A program made the translations under genes and the position numbers. From NCBI RefSeq assembly GCF_004010195.1, contig NC_057719.1, forward strand, positions 30,313,853 through 30,377,852: a stretch of DNA of 64,000 nucleotides, written 5' to 3'. The notes beneath the pieces were generated by a model. That model did no database searches. It had not been told where the DNA came from and saw only the letters and a program-made list of their open reading frames with translations. Below, in pieces: positions 41,020-56,093 of the stretch; position 1 is the stretch's first letter; each line of letters begins with the position of its first letter. The stretch comes from Chiloscyllium plagiosum. Its lineage: Eukaryota.

Positions 41020-43365
41020 GGAAGATTCTGGAGTAAATTTGGGAGGCACAGCAGAAATGTATCCCAAGAATGAAGAATCATACTAAGGGTAGGATAAGGC
41101 AACCATGGCTGACAAGGGAAAACAGGGACAGCATAAAAACCAAGGAAAACGCATATAATGTGTGAAAATTAATGGAAAACCAGAGGATTGGGAAGTCTTT
41201 AAAAACCAGCAAAGGACAACAACAAAAAAAAATTAAGGGAAGAAGGTGAAATATGAGGGTAAGATAGCTAGTAATGTAAAAGTAGATTGTGCAAGTTTTA
41301 GGTATATGAGAGGTAAGAGAATGGCAAAAGTGGATGTTGGACTACTGGAAATGAGGCTGAAGAAATGGTGAAAAGAAATAGTGGTGAAACTAAATGGATA
41401 CTTTGCATCAATCTTCACAGTGGAAGACGCCAGTAACATATCAGCTTCGAGATTCGGGGGCAGAAATGAGGGCAATGGTCATCATTACGGAGATGGAACT
41501 GGGGAAGCTTAAAGATCTGAAAGTGGATAAATCACCTGGACCAGATTGATTACACCCCAGGGTTTTGAAGGAGATTCATGAGGGGCATGGATACGGTAAA
41601 CAGACAAGGTATTTTCCCTGGTTTGGGTGAGTCCAGAACTGGAGGGCATAGGTTTAGGGTGAGAGGGGAAAGATTTAAAAGGGACCTGAGGGGCAACCTT
41701 TTCACACAAAGTGTGGTGAGTGTATAGAATGAGCTGCCAGAGAAGTGGTAGAGGCTGGTACAATTACAACATTTAAAAGGCATCTGGATGGGTACATGAA
41801 TAGGAAGGGTTTAGTGGGATATGGGTCAAGTGCTGGCAAATAGATTAGGATATCTGGTTGGCATGGATGAGTTGGACCAAAGGGTGTGTTTCTGTGCTGT
41901 ATATCTCCTATGGCTCTGAGATATCTGAGGAGATTGTGGAGGCATTGGTGGTGATCTTTCAGGAATCACTGGAGTCAGGGAAGGTCCCAGCGGAGTGGAA
42001 ATGGCAATTGAACACCTGTTTAAGAAGGGAGGATTGCAGAAGAAATTAGAGACTGGTTAGCCTAACACTGGTTATTGGTAAGATTTTAGAGTCCCTTATT
42101 AAAGATGAGATTATAGAGTTCTTTGAAGTGCACACTAAAATAGGACTTAGCATGCCTTAGTCAAGGGAGATCATGTCTGATAAATCTGTTAGATTCTTTG
42201 AGGTAACAAGCAAGTCAGACAAAGGAGTTAGTGGACATGATGTATTTGGATTTCCAGAAGGCCTTTGACAAGGTGCTGCACAGAGGACTGCTAAATAACA
42301 GAAGAGCCCATGGTGTTAGGGGCAAGGTACTGGCGAGAATAGAGGATTGGCTGACTGGCAGAAGGCAGAGAGTGAGGGTAAAGGAATCTTTTTCAGGATG
42401 CAGCCAATGAATAGGGGAGTTTCACAGGGGTCATATTGGTGCCACAACAATTCACATTATACATTAACAATCTGATGAAGAATATGAGTTTGTAGGTGAC
42501 AGAAATATAGGTGGAGGGACCAGTAGTATTGGGGGAGCAGAAAGACTTGGACAGACATGGAGAGTGAGCAAAGAAGTGGCAGATGGAATACAAAGTGGGG
42601 AAGTATGAGGCTATGCACTTTGGTAGGAAGAATAGAAAAGACAACTTTCTAAATGAAGAAAGGCTTCAGAAATCTGAAGCCAAAGAGACTTAGGAATCCT
42701 AGCTCAGAATTCTGAAGGTTAACATGCAAGTTCAGTTAGCAGTTAGGAAGGCAAATGCAATGCATTCATTTCCAGATGGCTAGAATACACCAACAGAGTT
42801 GTACTGCTGAGGCTGTATAAGTCTCGGATCAGACTGCATTTGGAATGTTGTGAACTGTTTTTTGTCCCATAAGGAAGGATATGCTAGCATTGGAGGAGAT
42901 CCAGAGGAGGTTCACATGAATGATCTCAGGGATGAAAGACTTTGTCACATGAGGAAGGTTGAGGCCTCTGGGTCTGTTCTTGGGGGGAGAATCTGATTGA
43001 AACTTGCAAAAAACTGAGAGGCCTAGAGAAGGTAGAAGTGGAGAAGATGTTTCCACTAGTAGGAGAGACTAGGACCCAAGAGGATAGGCTCAGTGTGAAG
43101 GGATGAACTTTTAGAACTAAGATGAAGAGGAATTTCTTCAGCCAGACAGTGGTGAATCTGTGGAACTCATTGCCATAGAAGGCTGTGGAGTTCAAGTCAA
43201 TGAATGTCTTTAAGACAGAAATAGATAGGCCCTTGATTAATAAGAGGATCAAAGATCATGGGAGAAGGCAGGAGAATGGGGTTGTAGAAACATATCAGTC
43301 ATGATCAAATGGTAAAGCAATCATGATGGGCCAAATGGTCTAATTCTGCTCCTATATCTTGCATC
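41020..43365 (+). mobile_element. degenerate CR1 LINE (older subfamily)
   Basis: ttggatttccagaaggcctttgacaaggtg, CR1 C-terminus and tail. Confidence 0.9.
41576..41917 (+). mobile_element. CR1 3' fragment nested in the older CR1
   Basis: TSD GAGAT at 41571-41575 and 41918-41922; same subfamily as the 28560-28910 tail. Confidence 0.88.
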
Positions 43366-44149
43366 TTGTGGAATGTGAGCAAGAGTAAAGCTGATAAAGT
43401 TGTAAGGGAGGGCAGGGCAGAAAGGAAAATCAAAGTTTGAAGGGCCACCCTATGTTGATAGACTGAACCTGCATTTCACTCTGTGTAGTGTTATTGGTGT
43501 TGTTTTCTATTGTCATTCAAATCAAGTGTCAAATGGAAATGAAAAGTGACAGCCACCATACCCAGAGTGGCTGGAGTAAGTTTTTTTCTCTCCCTCTCTG
43601 AGGGAGTGAGATTACTATTAAGCGATGTGAGGCCCTTCAAGAGGCAATAGCATTAACCAGACATTTGCACAGTACAGGTGAAAGTCATCTGTTATCACCT
43701 AATTCTATAGGTGGACCTCAAATTTGACACAGCAAGTCACTAAAACTCCAGGCCATAAGTTGGCTTACTCATATTATTCAACATTACAAATTAATCTTAC
43801 TAAGGCTGTGAAGTACAACATCAGATGAACTTAAGAGTCACAACAGTTGCAAGAAGTCCCACTTTTCAAGGTTCCTTTGCCACGTATGAGGGACGTGTGG
43901 AAACGTCCCATTCGGCCCATTGGGTCCACAATAACCCTCCAAAGACCATCCCACCCAGACTCATCCCTCTACTCCTGGAAAATGCCTATCCCATGATCCT
44001 AAAGGCAATGCTGCCTTTTTTTTAAAATGTGGAGTTGGGGTTGGTGGGAGAAGTTCATATTGCTGTGAGAGATTTGTGCACTAAAACATCTGAATTATGG
44101 CAATATATAATGTCCATGTAGTGGCATCCCATTGGCTTCCTTGTCAGAG

Positions 44150-44620
44150 GCCTCCACATCCTAATGTCAGTAGGATGCTGTTCAATGTTATTTGTGTCCT
44201 GTGACTGCTTAGCATCACATTACCGAAGAGCTGTTTTGCTTGTGAAATTGCCCACAAGGCCTCACTGGTGTCATCCCCAGAAGTCTTTGTCCCTGTGGCC
44301 ACTACAAGAAGTACATCTACATGAATGGATGAAACTTGCATGCATTTGGAAGCCCAGAATCATCATCAACCTCCAGCAGATGTGGGGCACCTGCCTGCTG
44401 TTGGACTGCTCGCTACAACTGCCCTCATGATGTGGCGAATATGCAGGAGAGCCATAGTCACTCATTTTGCATGGAATACTGTGCAGATGAGAGTGTAGTG
44501 TTGCTAAACTGGTTTTGGTGATCAGATTATCATGTCATGATGCTAGTGTATCTACAATGTAACACTTTCTTACAGATGGAATCATAGGGGTACGTATGTC
44601 TCCTGCACATCAGGTTCCAA
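44150..44620 (-). mobile_element. possible highly decayed PIF/Harbinger transposase remnant
   Basis: Reverse complement has segments in the order expected for Harbinger DDE motifs (IDCTH-, HSINVQ-CD-, GDKGY-, H-TR-IE-like); no intact ORF. Confidence 0.35.
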
Positions 44621-45783
44621 GCAGGTCATGTCTGAGGGGTTCATCGCAGTCCCGTCCAGTCACAGGATGTTGCTTTTAATCCTTGGATTCTCTGCTGCAT
44701 ACAACTGGAGGATGTGTCAAGGCATTGTGATGAATTATGAGGACCTTTGAGAGGTGCTGCATTGTATATGAGACAATGAGGATATTCTGGAAGGAACAAC
44801 TTCTTCAGCGTTCTACAGCAAAGAAGTGTCAGGCAGGACGACGTGTGAACCCTATACAATGGAATTCTTGCATTAGGTTACATTTCACTGTAAATGTTTT
44901 GATGCTGCTGCGGCCATCATCTCTACATAAGCCCAACTACAAGTATATCTTAACCATTTGATCTTTTCACATATTTCCTATGTTTAACAAGGATACAAAC
45001 TGATGGAAATCTCCACAACATCCAAAACCCCCTCATTCAATAATAACAAAATTTCCTGCTAGTTTGGAAAGGATAGCTATTGTTCAGACAGGGTTAGAAC
45101 ATTGTGTGGTGTTAAGGATGGCAAGTCTCTGTACCTTAATTCTTCTTGTTTCAATTAAAATGACATACACAGCTAATGATAAAAGGTGACTCAGTAAACT
45201 TTTTGTAACTGGCACTTTATCAACTGGAACTCTTAATAAACTAACAAAAATTATATATCTCAAATAAGGGTCTGTTTCCGTGCTGTACATCTCTGACTCT
45301 AGTACTTCTTTATTCTGTAAATAAGTACAACAGTATATAGCTCCTGCATTACATTTATATTACTTACTGTGTGTTTTTAAAGTTGAATTTAGGAGGTATA
45401 TTGATGTCTTTACATGGAATTTTTGATGGATGTTGATGTCTTGAAGCTTTGTTTGGTCAGGGTTTACTGCGGTTATGTACACATCTGATTATTTGATAAA
45501 CCAGCAGACTCCTGGTCCCACAGGTGCTGGTTAATAAAGTTTACTGTTTACTAATAAAAAATGTATTTACAATGAAATGTCGCTTACATAACCTGTGTGC
45601 CCAGAGAAGGTTTTCTTTTTCTTTTCCTTAATCTAGAATAAGTCCCAAGTCACAATGGGTGGAGGGAACCAGCCCTAGACTTGCTAAGAGTATCATGCTG
45701 AGTTGCAGCTTTACCCTCCTAATTTTTGGATTGCAGGTGGTGGCTGAGGGTTTGGGCACCTCCTAAGTCTCCTGAGAAAAGAC

Positions 45784-46099
45784 TTCTAGAATCCCTACAG
45801 TGTGGAAACAGGCCATTCGGCCCATTGGGTCCACAATAACCCTCCAAAGACCATCCCACCCAGACTCATCCCTCTACTCCTGAATTTCCCACGGCTAACC
45901 CATTTAGCCTGCACACTATGGGCAATTTAGCATGGCCAATCCACCTAACTGGCACATCTTTGGACTGTGGGAGGAAACCAGAGCACCTGGCAGAAACCCA
46001 TGCAGACCAGGGGAGAACGTGCAAACTCCACACAGTTGCCCAAGAGTGGAATTGAACCCAGGAGCCTGGCATCAGTGCTAACCACTGAACCACTATGCT
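45784..46099 (-). mobile_element. HE1-like SINE, antisense
   Basis: ttggactgtgggaggaaaccagagcacc; reverse-complement tRNA head at 46050-46099. Confidence 0.9.
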
Positions 46100-46924
46100 G
46101 GAGTCTATCCTCTATTGGCTCGTTGCTACAGGCACCACCCTATCTCCTCATGAAGGGCACTGGAGTTGAAGTCAAGGGCCCTTGTCCCTTCGTCATCCTG
46201 TCATTGGCGCTGAGCATCAGGCAGTATTATCAAAGTCTTCTATTTCTGCCCTTTACAATTTTTGCTACCACTTTCCTAGCCTGTATTCAGTTAACGTTCC
46301 CCAATGTAACTGTTATGTGCTTTCCTCACAAAATTGTTAATCTACATCCTCTCTACTTTGTATAATTTATAGTCAACCAACTAGTATCACAATTACACAT
46401 TTTTTGTTCTTAGCTCATGCATTCTTTCCATTACCCCTCTGGGAGGCTCTCTCTCTGCAACATTGCAATAATCTCTTTAACCAATATCATCACTCCTCCT
46501 CCTTTCCCATCTTTTCAAACAACTTTTATTCATGAATATTTAAAATCAAGTCTTGCCCTTCTTCAAGCCAGGCCTCTCTCATAGCCACTCCATTTTCAGG
46601 ATGAAATAATTGGCCCCTGACAACCACAAACCCGTTTCTTTTGTGCTTAGTATGACTCCAGCCAGTAAAGAGATTCCCCTGATTTTCTATTGACTTCAAT
46701 TCTACTGCAGTAAAATCAATTTTCTGGATTTCTGTGGTGTGAAAGCTTGCACCACAGAGACTGTAAAACAAGCACAGGATGTTCCACCACCAGTTATATT
46801 TGATTCTGCCCAGTAATAAGAATGGGTCGCTCTGGGTGTATTTTAATAGGTCACTAAAACACCAGGAATTGCATGGTAGCTCTCTGTAGTTTGGGCGTCT
46901 GGAGAAGTCCCAGCTTTAGAGGTC

Positions 46925-47250
46925 AGGGGAAGTAGTGGTCTAGTGGTAACTTCATTGGCTGGTAATCCAGAACTCCAAATTAATAATTAAGGACATGGGT
47001 TCAAATCCCACCATTGGCAGATGATGAAATTTCAATTCAATGAAAATCTGAAATAACAAAAAGACTATGGCAAACATTGTCATTTAAAGAAAAAAAAAGT
47101 CTGGTCCACTAAATGTCCTTTCAGGAAGGAAATCTGCCATTCTTACCTGGTCTGGCCGAAATGTGATTCCAGATCCACAACAACGTGGTTGACTCATAAC
47201 TATCCTTTGACCCCAGCATCACCCACATCCTATTAATGAATTTTTTTTAA
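46925..47250 (+). mobile_element. tRNA-derived SINE, second family (tail shared with the second LINE family)
   Basis: A-box tggtctagtgg, B-box ggttcaaatccc; tail cccagcatcacccacatcc...aatgaa; partial relatives at about 52340-52510 (+) and 58500-58620 (-). Confidence 0.7.
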
Positions 47251-48030
47251 AAAAGTTTTTAAAAAGCTGTCTGGTGGCTCTGTGTTACTGAGATGGTTAA
47301 GACTCAAATCCCAGGAACTATTTTGTGAAGCTGAGAGTTAGCTCTGGTGATACTAAACCATTAGATGGTTGAGGCAGCTTTCACTGTCATTGAGGCAGTC
47401 CAAGTTGGAGCAGCGTTTAGGGACATTGACAAGCTAGGTTTTTGAATATTTGATAACTCACATAAAGGAGTTAACAATTTTAATCAGATTTGATCGTGGG
47501 TTGCTGAAAATTCATGTGATTAGTCTTGACTGTATTGCCATCTGATGTGCTCTGTTGTATGTTTGACCACAGTTTATTGGCTAACCCATGTTCATCTCAT
47601 GTTAATTCTGGATTTTAATGAATAAATTGTGTGCATGGTCGATTGATAAAAAAAATTAAAACACTATGTATTGTAAAGTTTATTTTGTTCAAAACTATGG
47701 AATCTTGTGGCTTAATTTTCACAATAATTACCTAGAATTTCCTGTTTTGTATACTTAAAATAAAAATGCTACTTGTCCCTAACCAGATCATCATATAAAT
47801 TTGGTGGTCTCACCAAGGATCATAACAACTAAAGCTTATTGTTGCCTTGGTGCGAAGGATAGTCATAATCACCTTACTTCTGAAGTTAAGATCAATTGTC
47901 TTAATTAGTAAATCATAATGTTTTCCTAAGCATAGTGATCCTATATAAATAGGATTTGTTTACATTTGCATCTTTGAACACTGGAACATATACTAGTGCC
48001 AGAAAGAAATGTTTGAAACCAAGACAATAA

Positions 48031-48168
<138 letters not shown>

Positions 48169-50363
48169 TAGCACTAGTTAAAACAAAGCTCATATGTTAG
48201 GAGATTTATCAGCTAATGGGACTCAATATCACATTGCATTTGAACTCCTATGTAATTGAGGAAACTATGCAGCACTGGATATAAGCCAAGTATTAACTCA
48301 AGAAGTGGGAGTGAATACTTTCAAATTTAGATACTTTTAGTTTCTTGCTTTACGCCTTGAAAATTAAGCACTCATGGAACTTGTAAAAGTAAGTTGACAA
48401 GGATATCAACAAAAGTCAGTGTTTTGGATAGCATCAAATCACTTGGTACCTGCTATTCTACTAATTTATAGAACAAATTTTATTAGGAAATTAAGGCTGT
48501 GTTGACAGTGCTTACTGTTATACATTCAGTACACAACTGGCAAGCAAGTGCAGGGGATGAACTGGTAAGTGATGAACCTCTAGCACTTGCTCTTCATGCC
48601 TTTATTCCATTTGCTTCATGCAACAGCACCTGACACGCAGCTTCTCTGTTATTTAAGATATGTACAGGTACTATATTTGCACATTAATTACCCAGTACTT
48701 TCAACACAGAAATGTTAGGGTTGGAACCAACATTTTAAAATTGGTAATACATTGCTAATTGACCTCTCTGGATCAGGAAGTGAACTATGTCAACAGTTGA
48801 ATTTTGTTTGTGTATAATCCTCTGTTTGTTTTACGTTACTAAAAAGTCACATTTTTATTGTAATGGCTTATTCTTGCTTTGTTTTTCTTTTTCTCAGTTT
48901 ACTTTACTTCTCTCTCTGTACCTTGTGATTCTAATACATCCTCCTTCTCTGTTGGTCTTAACATTTCATTGGCTAGGGGGTTTCGGGCATTGTTGGTCCC
49001 TGATGGCTTTTCCATCTCATAATAAACTCACATTTCCAGAAGATCACAGTGCAAAAGCATTTTCTGTCAAAGGATGTGAGTAAAGTCTAATCAACTCTGT
49101 ATGCCACAAAATCCCCCATTCCTGCAAAATATGGTCTTGGGTTATCCTTTATTAATTTATTCATTCGTTGGTGATGCCTGCTCCACTAATCAACTGGCAC
49201 TCAACAACATTATTGATTTTGTTGAAGGTAATGGGACAAGAGAAAAAAGACAATAGAATATATAAATGTAACCTATGCCACAGCCAATTTTCCAATAAGT
49301 GATAGAAATATCTGCTCTCTGGCCAGGGCCAGTTTCAACTGTCTTTTCTCATAGCATTAAGGGAATAAGGAACTTGAGAATGGAGGATAGTGCTTAGTTG
49401 GTTTTGAATGTGTTATTTTTCAGCAGCTGGGGAAGTGGTAGACTTGAACTCCAACAGGTGAGGTGCATTACTGTTTACAGGAGGCAGGAATTGTTCTAAA
49501 CAATAGGCAGCAAGATTTGTCCTTCACACAAGAAAGGAACAGGGCAAGTTTGTTCTCAGTGAAGTTGAGAGAAGGTCTTTTAAATTTTTGCAGTGCTGTG
49601 GGGATAGTCATCCTAATCTTTAATGGAACAGGGAGGATAATCAGGCTTTGGTTTCATGAGAGTGAACATGTCAGCAGCTCTGCCTGTGTTTGAGGCTGGG
49701 AAACAAAGTTTTTGCTCAGTAGATGAAGAGTGTGGTTATTCAGTTGAATTTCTGTTAAGGCAGGTGGTGCTGTCCAACTTGTGTTGAGGGACAAGTTTCC
49801 CATGCAAGTCCTATCATCAAATAGACCAAGAGCACTCACATTGTGGGAATCCCATTAGCTCCAACAGTATACTATTCCGTTTTCATGATTCAGATATGAT
49901 CAGTTCTCCATAATCACTGGAACAATATCCTGAAAATTCCTACCCAGTATTGTTGAGAAGACCTTCATCACAAGACTGCAGCAGTCACTACAAATTTCTT
50001 AGGATAACTAGTAATAGGTGATAAATGTCATGCCACTATCACCAACATCTTAAATATATCTTTTTAAATCTCCTCCAGGATGCTCTGGACCACACTGAGG
50101 CGCCATTGCAGCAACTTTGGGAGGGATCCATTCCAATTTTGTAATTTGTAACATTAACAAATGTAGCTTCGTATTGATTAAAATGTGGATATTAATTACT
50201 CTGTATATGCATATTTAAAATCATTGCTGTCCTTTTATTTTTATGTTATGCAATGTTGGAACACCAGTAAGAAATTAGGAATAACAGATACATAAATGTT
50301 GTATTCTGTAATAACTAAGTTCAAAGATATCGATGGTGAATTTTTAAAGTTTTTTATTAATAG

Positions 50364-50573
<210 letters not shown>

Positions 50574-51155
50574 TGATGGCTATTAAAAAGAACTTTGCCA
50601 AGCAATTATTTTGGTAGTTAGTAACATTATGATCATGTGTCAATATGTGACTGCCACAATGCTGTCAGAACGAGCAAGCTATTTGTAATTAAAGTTGATA
50701 ATTATAAGAGAAACAGGCTCTAAGAGAAACCATAAAGATGACTGTTTATACTAAATTTTAACCACAAATTATTTCCTAGTTTTATATTGTTTCACTGTTC
50801 TTAAAAAGATGCAGGAAAGGATTTCACCAACGTGCTTGAATTTGGAAACAAATATTTTCAGAGGAAAATGTTTTAATCATAAACATGTAGAGAGCAATGG
50901 CATTGGGAAACAACATAGTATCAAACTGTATTGAAGGTACATTGAGAGCCGTGTACTATTTCCTTAAAAACTGAAACAAGCCTTGTGGATAAACAAGCCT
51001 TTTGGAATTTTAAGAATGAAGAAAGTTACTTTTATTCCCTCTGCAAAATAAGCATTGAAACATTTTTATGTATTAGAAAGCTATTCTACTAGGTAGTAAA
51101 TTAGGACATTTTAATGTGCATTTTCAGCTCTAAGCCCTTATTTTTAAATGTGTAA

Positions 51156-51332
<177 letters not shown>

Positions 51333-51879
51333 TAAGCAAACATGGACAAACTCAAGAATGCCAGTCATTAAATTTGAAATAATACTGTTGATCTTTAAGA
51401 AAGAAAGACTTGTTCTTATGTAGTACCTTTCATGGTCTCCAGATGTCCCAAAGCACTTTACAATTGAAAACTACCTCTGAAATATAGTTAGATTTGTATC
51501 ATAAGAAGGAAGTCATGTTTAATGCGTTTTACTGTATTGTGCAATCTGATTTTTGTTCATCTTTAATTGGAAAATAAAATGTGCACCAATTGATATGTAT
51601 AAAGTAACTATTACATGAATAATATAAAATTATGGCATTTTGGGGTGATCACCTTCTCTGTATATTTATATAAGCCAATTTCCAGGTGTCAGAAATATTG
51701 CAATAACTATAGGTAGTTATTCTATATATTCATACATTGGAAATGGAGATATGATGGATCACCTTGCAGTTTCTGCACAATTGGTCGCTCTTTGGACCTG
51801 TTAGACAAAAATCTTAATACTTGATAGCTTTAAGTTTTAATTATTCAAAATTATGGTAGCATTTTGTAAATTTCCATGA

Positions 51880-52137
<258 letters not shown>

Positions 52138-52521
52138 TAAGGATCAACAGGAATGGTACCATATTGGTTATGTTAAAGGGATGATGATGCAGATGCCTAG
52201 ACCCAGATTTGGAGAAATTAAGTTCCACCATAGTAGCTAGGGCACCAAAATACAATGAAACAAAATTGCAATTAATAGAAAAGATAGTATCAAAAATGGA
52301 GAGCATGTAATTGAGTTATGGCTGGTATATTAATATCCTTTGGGGAAAGGAATCTGCCACCCTCATCCAGTTTGCACTACGTGACTCCAGATCCAGAGCA
52401 ATGTGGTTCACTCTGAATCACTTGCTAAACTATGTGAGAGAGCAGTTCTGAAGGTACATCCATTCAGCATCCCTTCAACATGTTCAATAATTGCTGGCAT
52501 TGCCAACAGTAGATTTTTTTT

Positions 52522-52760
52522 TTAGATTACTTACAGTGTGGAAACAGGCCCTACGGCACAACAAGTCCACACGACCCGCCGAAGCGCAACCCACCCATTA
52601 CCCTACATTTACCCCTTTACCTAACACTACGGGCAATTTAGCATGGCCAATTCACCTGACCTGCACATGTTTGGACTGTGGGAGGAAACCCGAGCACCCG
52701 GAGGACACCCACGCAGACACGGGGAGAATGTGCAAACTCCACACAGTCAGTCGCCTGAGT
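52522..52760 (-). mobile_element. HE1-like SINE, 5'-truncated, antisense
   Basis: Same central and tail sequence as the 23843 copy. Confidence 0.88.
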
Positions 52761-53109
52761 ACTACTATTCTGTTAATGAATAAAAAAACTAAAATAATGT
52801 GAAACAATCTAATTTGAATACAAGACATTTTAAAGCAATTTGAAATAGATAATTCTCCACTGAGGTAATATTCTGAGCATTTTTAATCACTCGATCACCT
52901 TGCAGTTTTAAAATGTAGTTTTATAAAGAAATTGTTAAATATAACATCTTATGAAATTTAAAAGCCAAAATCATTATTTCTCTAGATATAACATATGTCA
53001 ACCACATCCTGAATCATAATGTATCAAGCTTGCATGACAAAGGAAAATTTATATATAGGATAATACTTGCAGTATTGTCATCCATAAAATAAAGTGTACT
53101 CTGTTATCA

Positions 53110-53741
53110 AGGGTATCCCATTTTGGGAGTCCAAAACTAAACTGCGTAGATTTAGGGTGAGAGGGGAAAGATTTAAAAGGGACCTGAGGGGCTGCTTTTT
53201 CACACAGAGGATGGTGCATGTATGGAACAAGCTGCCACAGGAAGTGGTAGAGGCTGGTACAATTACAACATTTAAAAGGCATCCTGATGGGTAAATAAAT
53301 AGGAAGGGTTTAAGAGGGATATGGGTCAAATGCTGGCAAAAGGATCTAGGTTGGATTAGATTAGATTCCCTACAATATGGAAACAGGCCATTTGGCCCAA
53401 CAAGTCCACACCGACCCTCTGAACAGCAACACACTCAGACCCATTCCCCCATCCTATATTTATCCCTGACTAATGCACCTTAACATTACGTGCAACTTCG
53501 CATGGCCAATTCACCTGACCTTTGAACTGTGAGAGGAAACCGGAGCACCTGGAGGAAACCCAAGCAGACACGGGGAGAATGAGCAAACTCCACACAGACA
53601 GCTGGGAATCGAACCGGGTCCCTGGTGCTATGAGGCAGCAGTGCTAACCATTGAGCCACTGTGCCACCCATTAATTTAGGCTATCTGGTTGGCATAGACA
53701 AATTGGACTGAAGGGTCTGTTTCCATGCTGTATAACTCTCT
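53110..53741 (+). mobile_element. CR1 3' fragment with an antisense HE1-like SINE (about 53353-53670) in its tail
   Basis: FKRDLRGCFFTQRMVHVWNKLP; SINE reverse-complement head gggtggcacagtggctcaatggttagc. Confidence 0.9.
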
Positions 53742-53806
53742 GGTGCAATCATCTAAGCAAAAGTATTCAAATGATTGTCATTTTTATGTTGCTGTTTACT
53801 GTGTGA

Positions 53807-53935
<129 letters not shown>

Positions 53936-54254
53936 TGAACAAAACTTTTTAAGTTGCTCTTACTTTGTATCTTTAATGCACTGGTTTAAAAAGGGGACAC
54001 TAATACAGTTAGTAGTAGTCCACTTACAAAATGTGGGTTTTTAGATATAGTTGTATCCGACTACTGCTATAGCTGAGGCAAACTTTTCTGTTACCAAATT
54101 TGGAGAAAAACAAAGGATGGGAGAATCCATTTGTTACATTAAAGTTCTAATCCTAATGTTAGAAGCCAAACTCATCTTGTAGCATCCAAATATATTTTGA
54201 ACTGTTCCATATGCTGTCCAAAATCTTATCCTTTCGAATAAAGCAGTTCTGGTA

Positions 54255-54955
54255 ACATCCAGGCTTGGATTGACAAGTGGTAAGCAAGTGCCAGGTAATG
54301 ACCAACTCTAACAAGTGAGAATCTAACCATTGGCCCTTTGATATTTAATTGCATCATCATCATCACTGAAACCTTCTGGGGGTAACTTTGAGTAGAAACT
54401 AAGCTGGACTAGTTGTGTAAATACAGAGGCTACAGTGCAAATCAAATACTGGAAATTTGCAGTGAGTAATTCACCTCCTTACTCCCCAAAGTATGTCCAT
54501 TATCTAAAGTCAGGAGAGTGATTGAATACTTCCCACTTGCCTGGATGAGGAAAGTACAAGAACACTCAAGAAACTTGACACCATCCAGGACAAAGCAGCC
54601 TGCTTGACTGAGACCACATCTACAAACTTCCAGTTCCTTCATCCCTGGTGTTAAGTAGCAACAGTATGTACCATTTACAAGATCCTCTGCAGAAATCACT
54701 ACCATCTAGATAGACTAGAGCAGCAGAGACATGGGAACACAATTGCCTGCAAATTATTTTCCAAGCCACCAACGATACCAGTCTTCCTTCAATGTATTTG
54801 ATAAAAGTCTTGAAAGTTTCTCTTTAATGGCATCTACCTACAATACATGGACTGTAGTGGTTCAAGAAGGAAATTCACCACCATCTTCAGGGGCAATTAG
54901 GGATGGGCCATAAATATTGGCCCAGCCAGCAATGTCCATGTCCCATAAGTTAATT
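54255..54955 (+). mobile_element. second-family LINE 3' fragment
   Basis: Reverse complement of the 14600 and 35120 copies; ends gggcaattagggatgggccataaat...gtcccata. Confidence 0.78.
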
Positions 54956-54956
54956 A

Positions 54957-56093
54957 ACATAGAACATAGAACAATACAGCACAGAACAGGCCCTTCGGCC
55001 CACGATGTTGTGCCGAACTTCTAACCTAGATTAAGTACCCATCCATGTACCTATCCAAATGCCGCTTAAAGGTCGCCAATGATTCCGACTCTACCACTCC
55101 CACGGGCAGCGCATTCCATGCCCCCACCACTCTCTGGGTAAAGAACCCACCCCTGACATCTCCCCTATACCTTCCACCCTTCACCTTAAATTTATGTCCC
55201 CTTGTAACACTCTGTTGTACCCGGGGAAAAAGTCTCTGACTGTCTACTCTATCTATTCCTCTGATCATCTTATAAACCTCTATCAAGTCACCCCTCATCC
55301 CTCGCCGTTCCAACGAGAAAAGGCCGAGAACTCTCAACCTATCCTCGTACGACTTCCACGCCATTCCAGGCAACATCCTGGTAAACCTTCTCTGCACCCT
55401 CTCCAAAGCTTCCACATCCTTCNNNNNNNNNNNNNNNNNNNNNNNNNNNNNNNNCGTTAACCCTGTATTCTGCATTCTTATTTGTCTTTCCAAAATGGAC
55501 AACGTCACACTTGGCAGGGTTGAACTCCATCTGCCACTTCTCAGCCCAGCTCTGCATCATATCTAAGTCCCTCTGCAGCCGACGACAGCCCTCCTCACTG
55601 TCCACAACTCCACCTATCTTCGTATCATCTGCAAATTTACTGACCCACCCTTCGACTCCCTCATCTAAGTCATTAATAAAAATTACAAACAGCAGAGTAC
55701 CCAGAACTGATCCCTGCGGAACTCCACTTGTAACTGGGCTCCAGGCTGAATATTTACCATCTACCACCACTCTCTGCCTTCGACCGGTTAGCCAGTTTTC
55801 TATCCAATTGGCCAAATTTCCCTCTATCCCATGCCTCCTGACTTTCCGCATAAGCCTACCATGGGGAACCTTATCAAATGCCTTACTAAAATCCATGTAC
55901 ACTACATCCACTGCTCTTCCCTCATCCACATGCTTGGTCACCTCCTCGAAGAATTCAATAAGACTTGTAAGGCAAGACCTACCCTTCACAAATCCGTGCT
56001 GGCTGTCCCTAATCAAGCAGTGTCTTTCCAGATACTCATAAATCCTATCCCTCAGTACCCTTTCCATTACTTTGCCTACCACAGAAGTAAGAT
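54957..56093 (-). mobile_element. young CR1 LINE 3' fragment containing an assembly gap
   Basis: Open RT frame (YMDFSKAFDKVPH, PQGSVLG, SKFADDTK) without stops; tail (ttctatg)n on the minus strand. Confidence 0.96.
55423..55454. other. assembly gap (32 N)
   Basis: Run of n. Confidence 1.

Noticed and set aside
46780..47827. Possible LTR ending in CATAACA at 47827
   Set aside because: Right end resembles the other LTRs, but no convincing left terminus or TSD was found.
55511..56041. 176-aa plus-strand ORF
   Set aside because: Antisense shadow of the CR1 RT frame.
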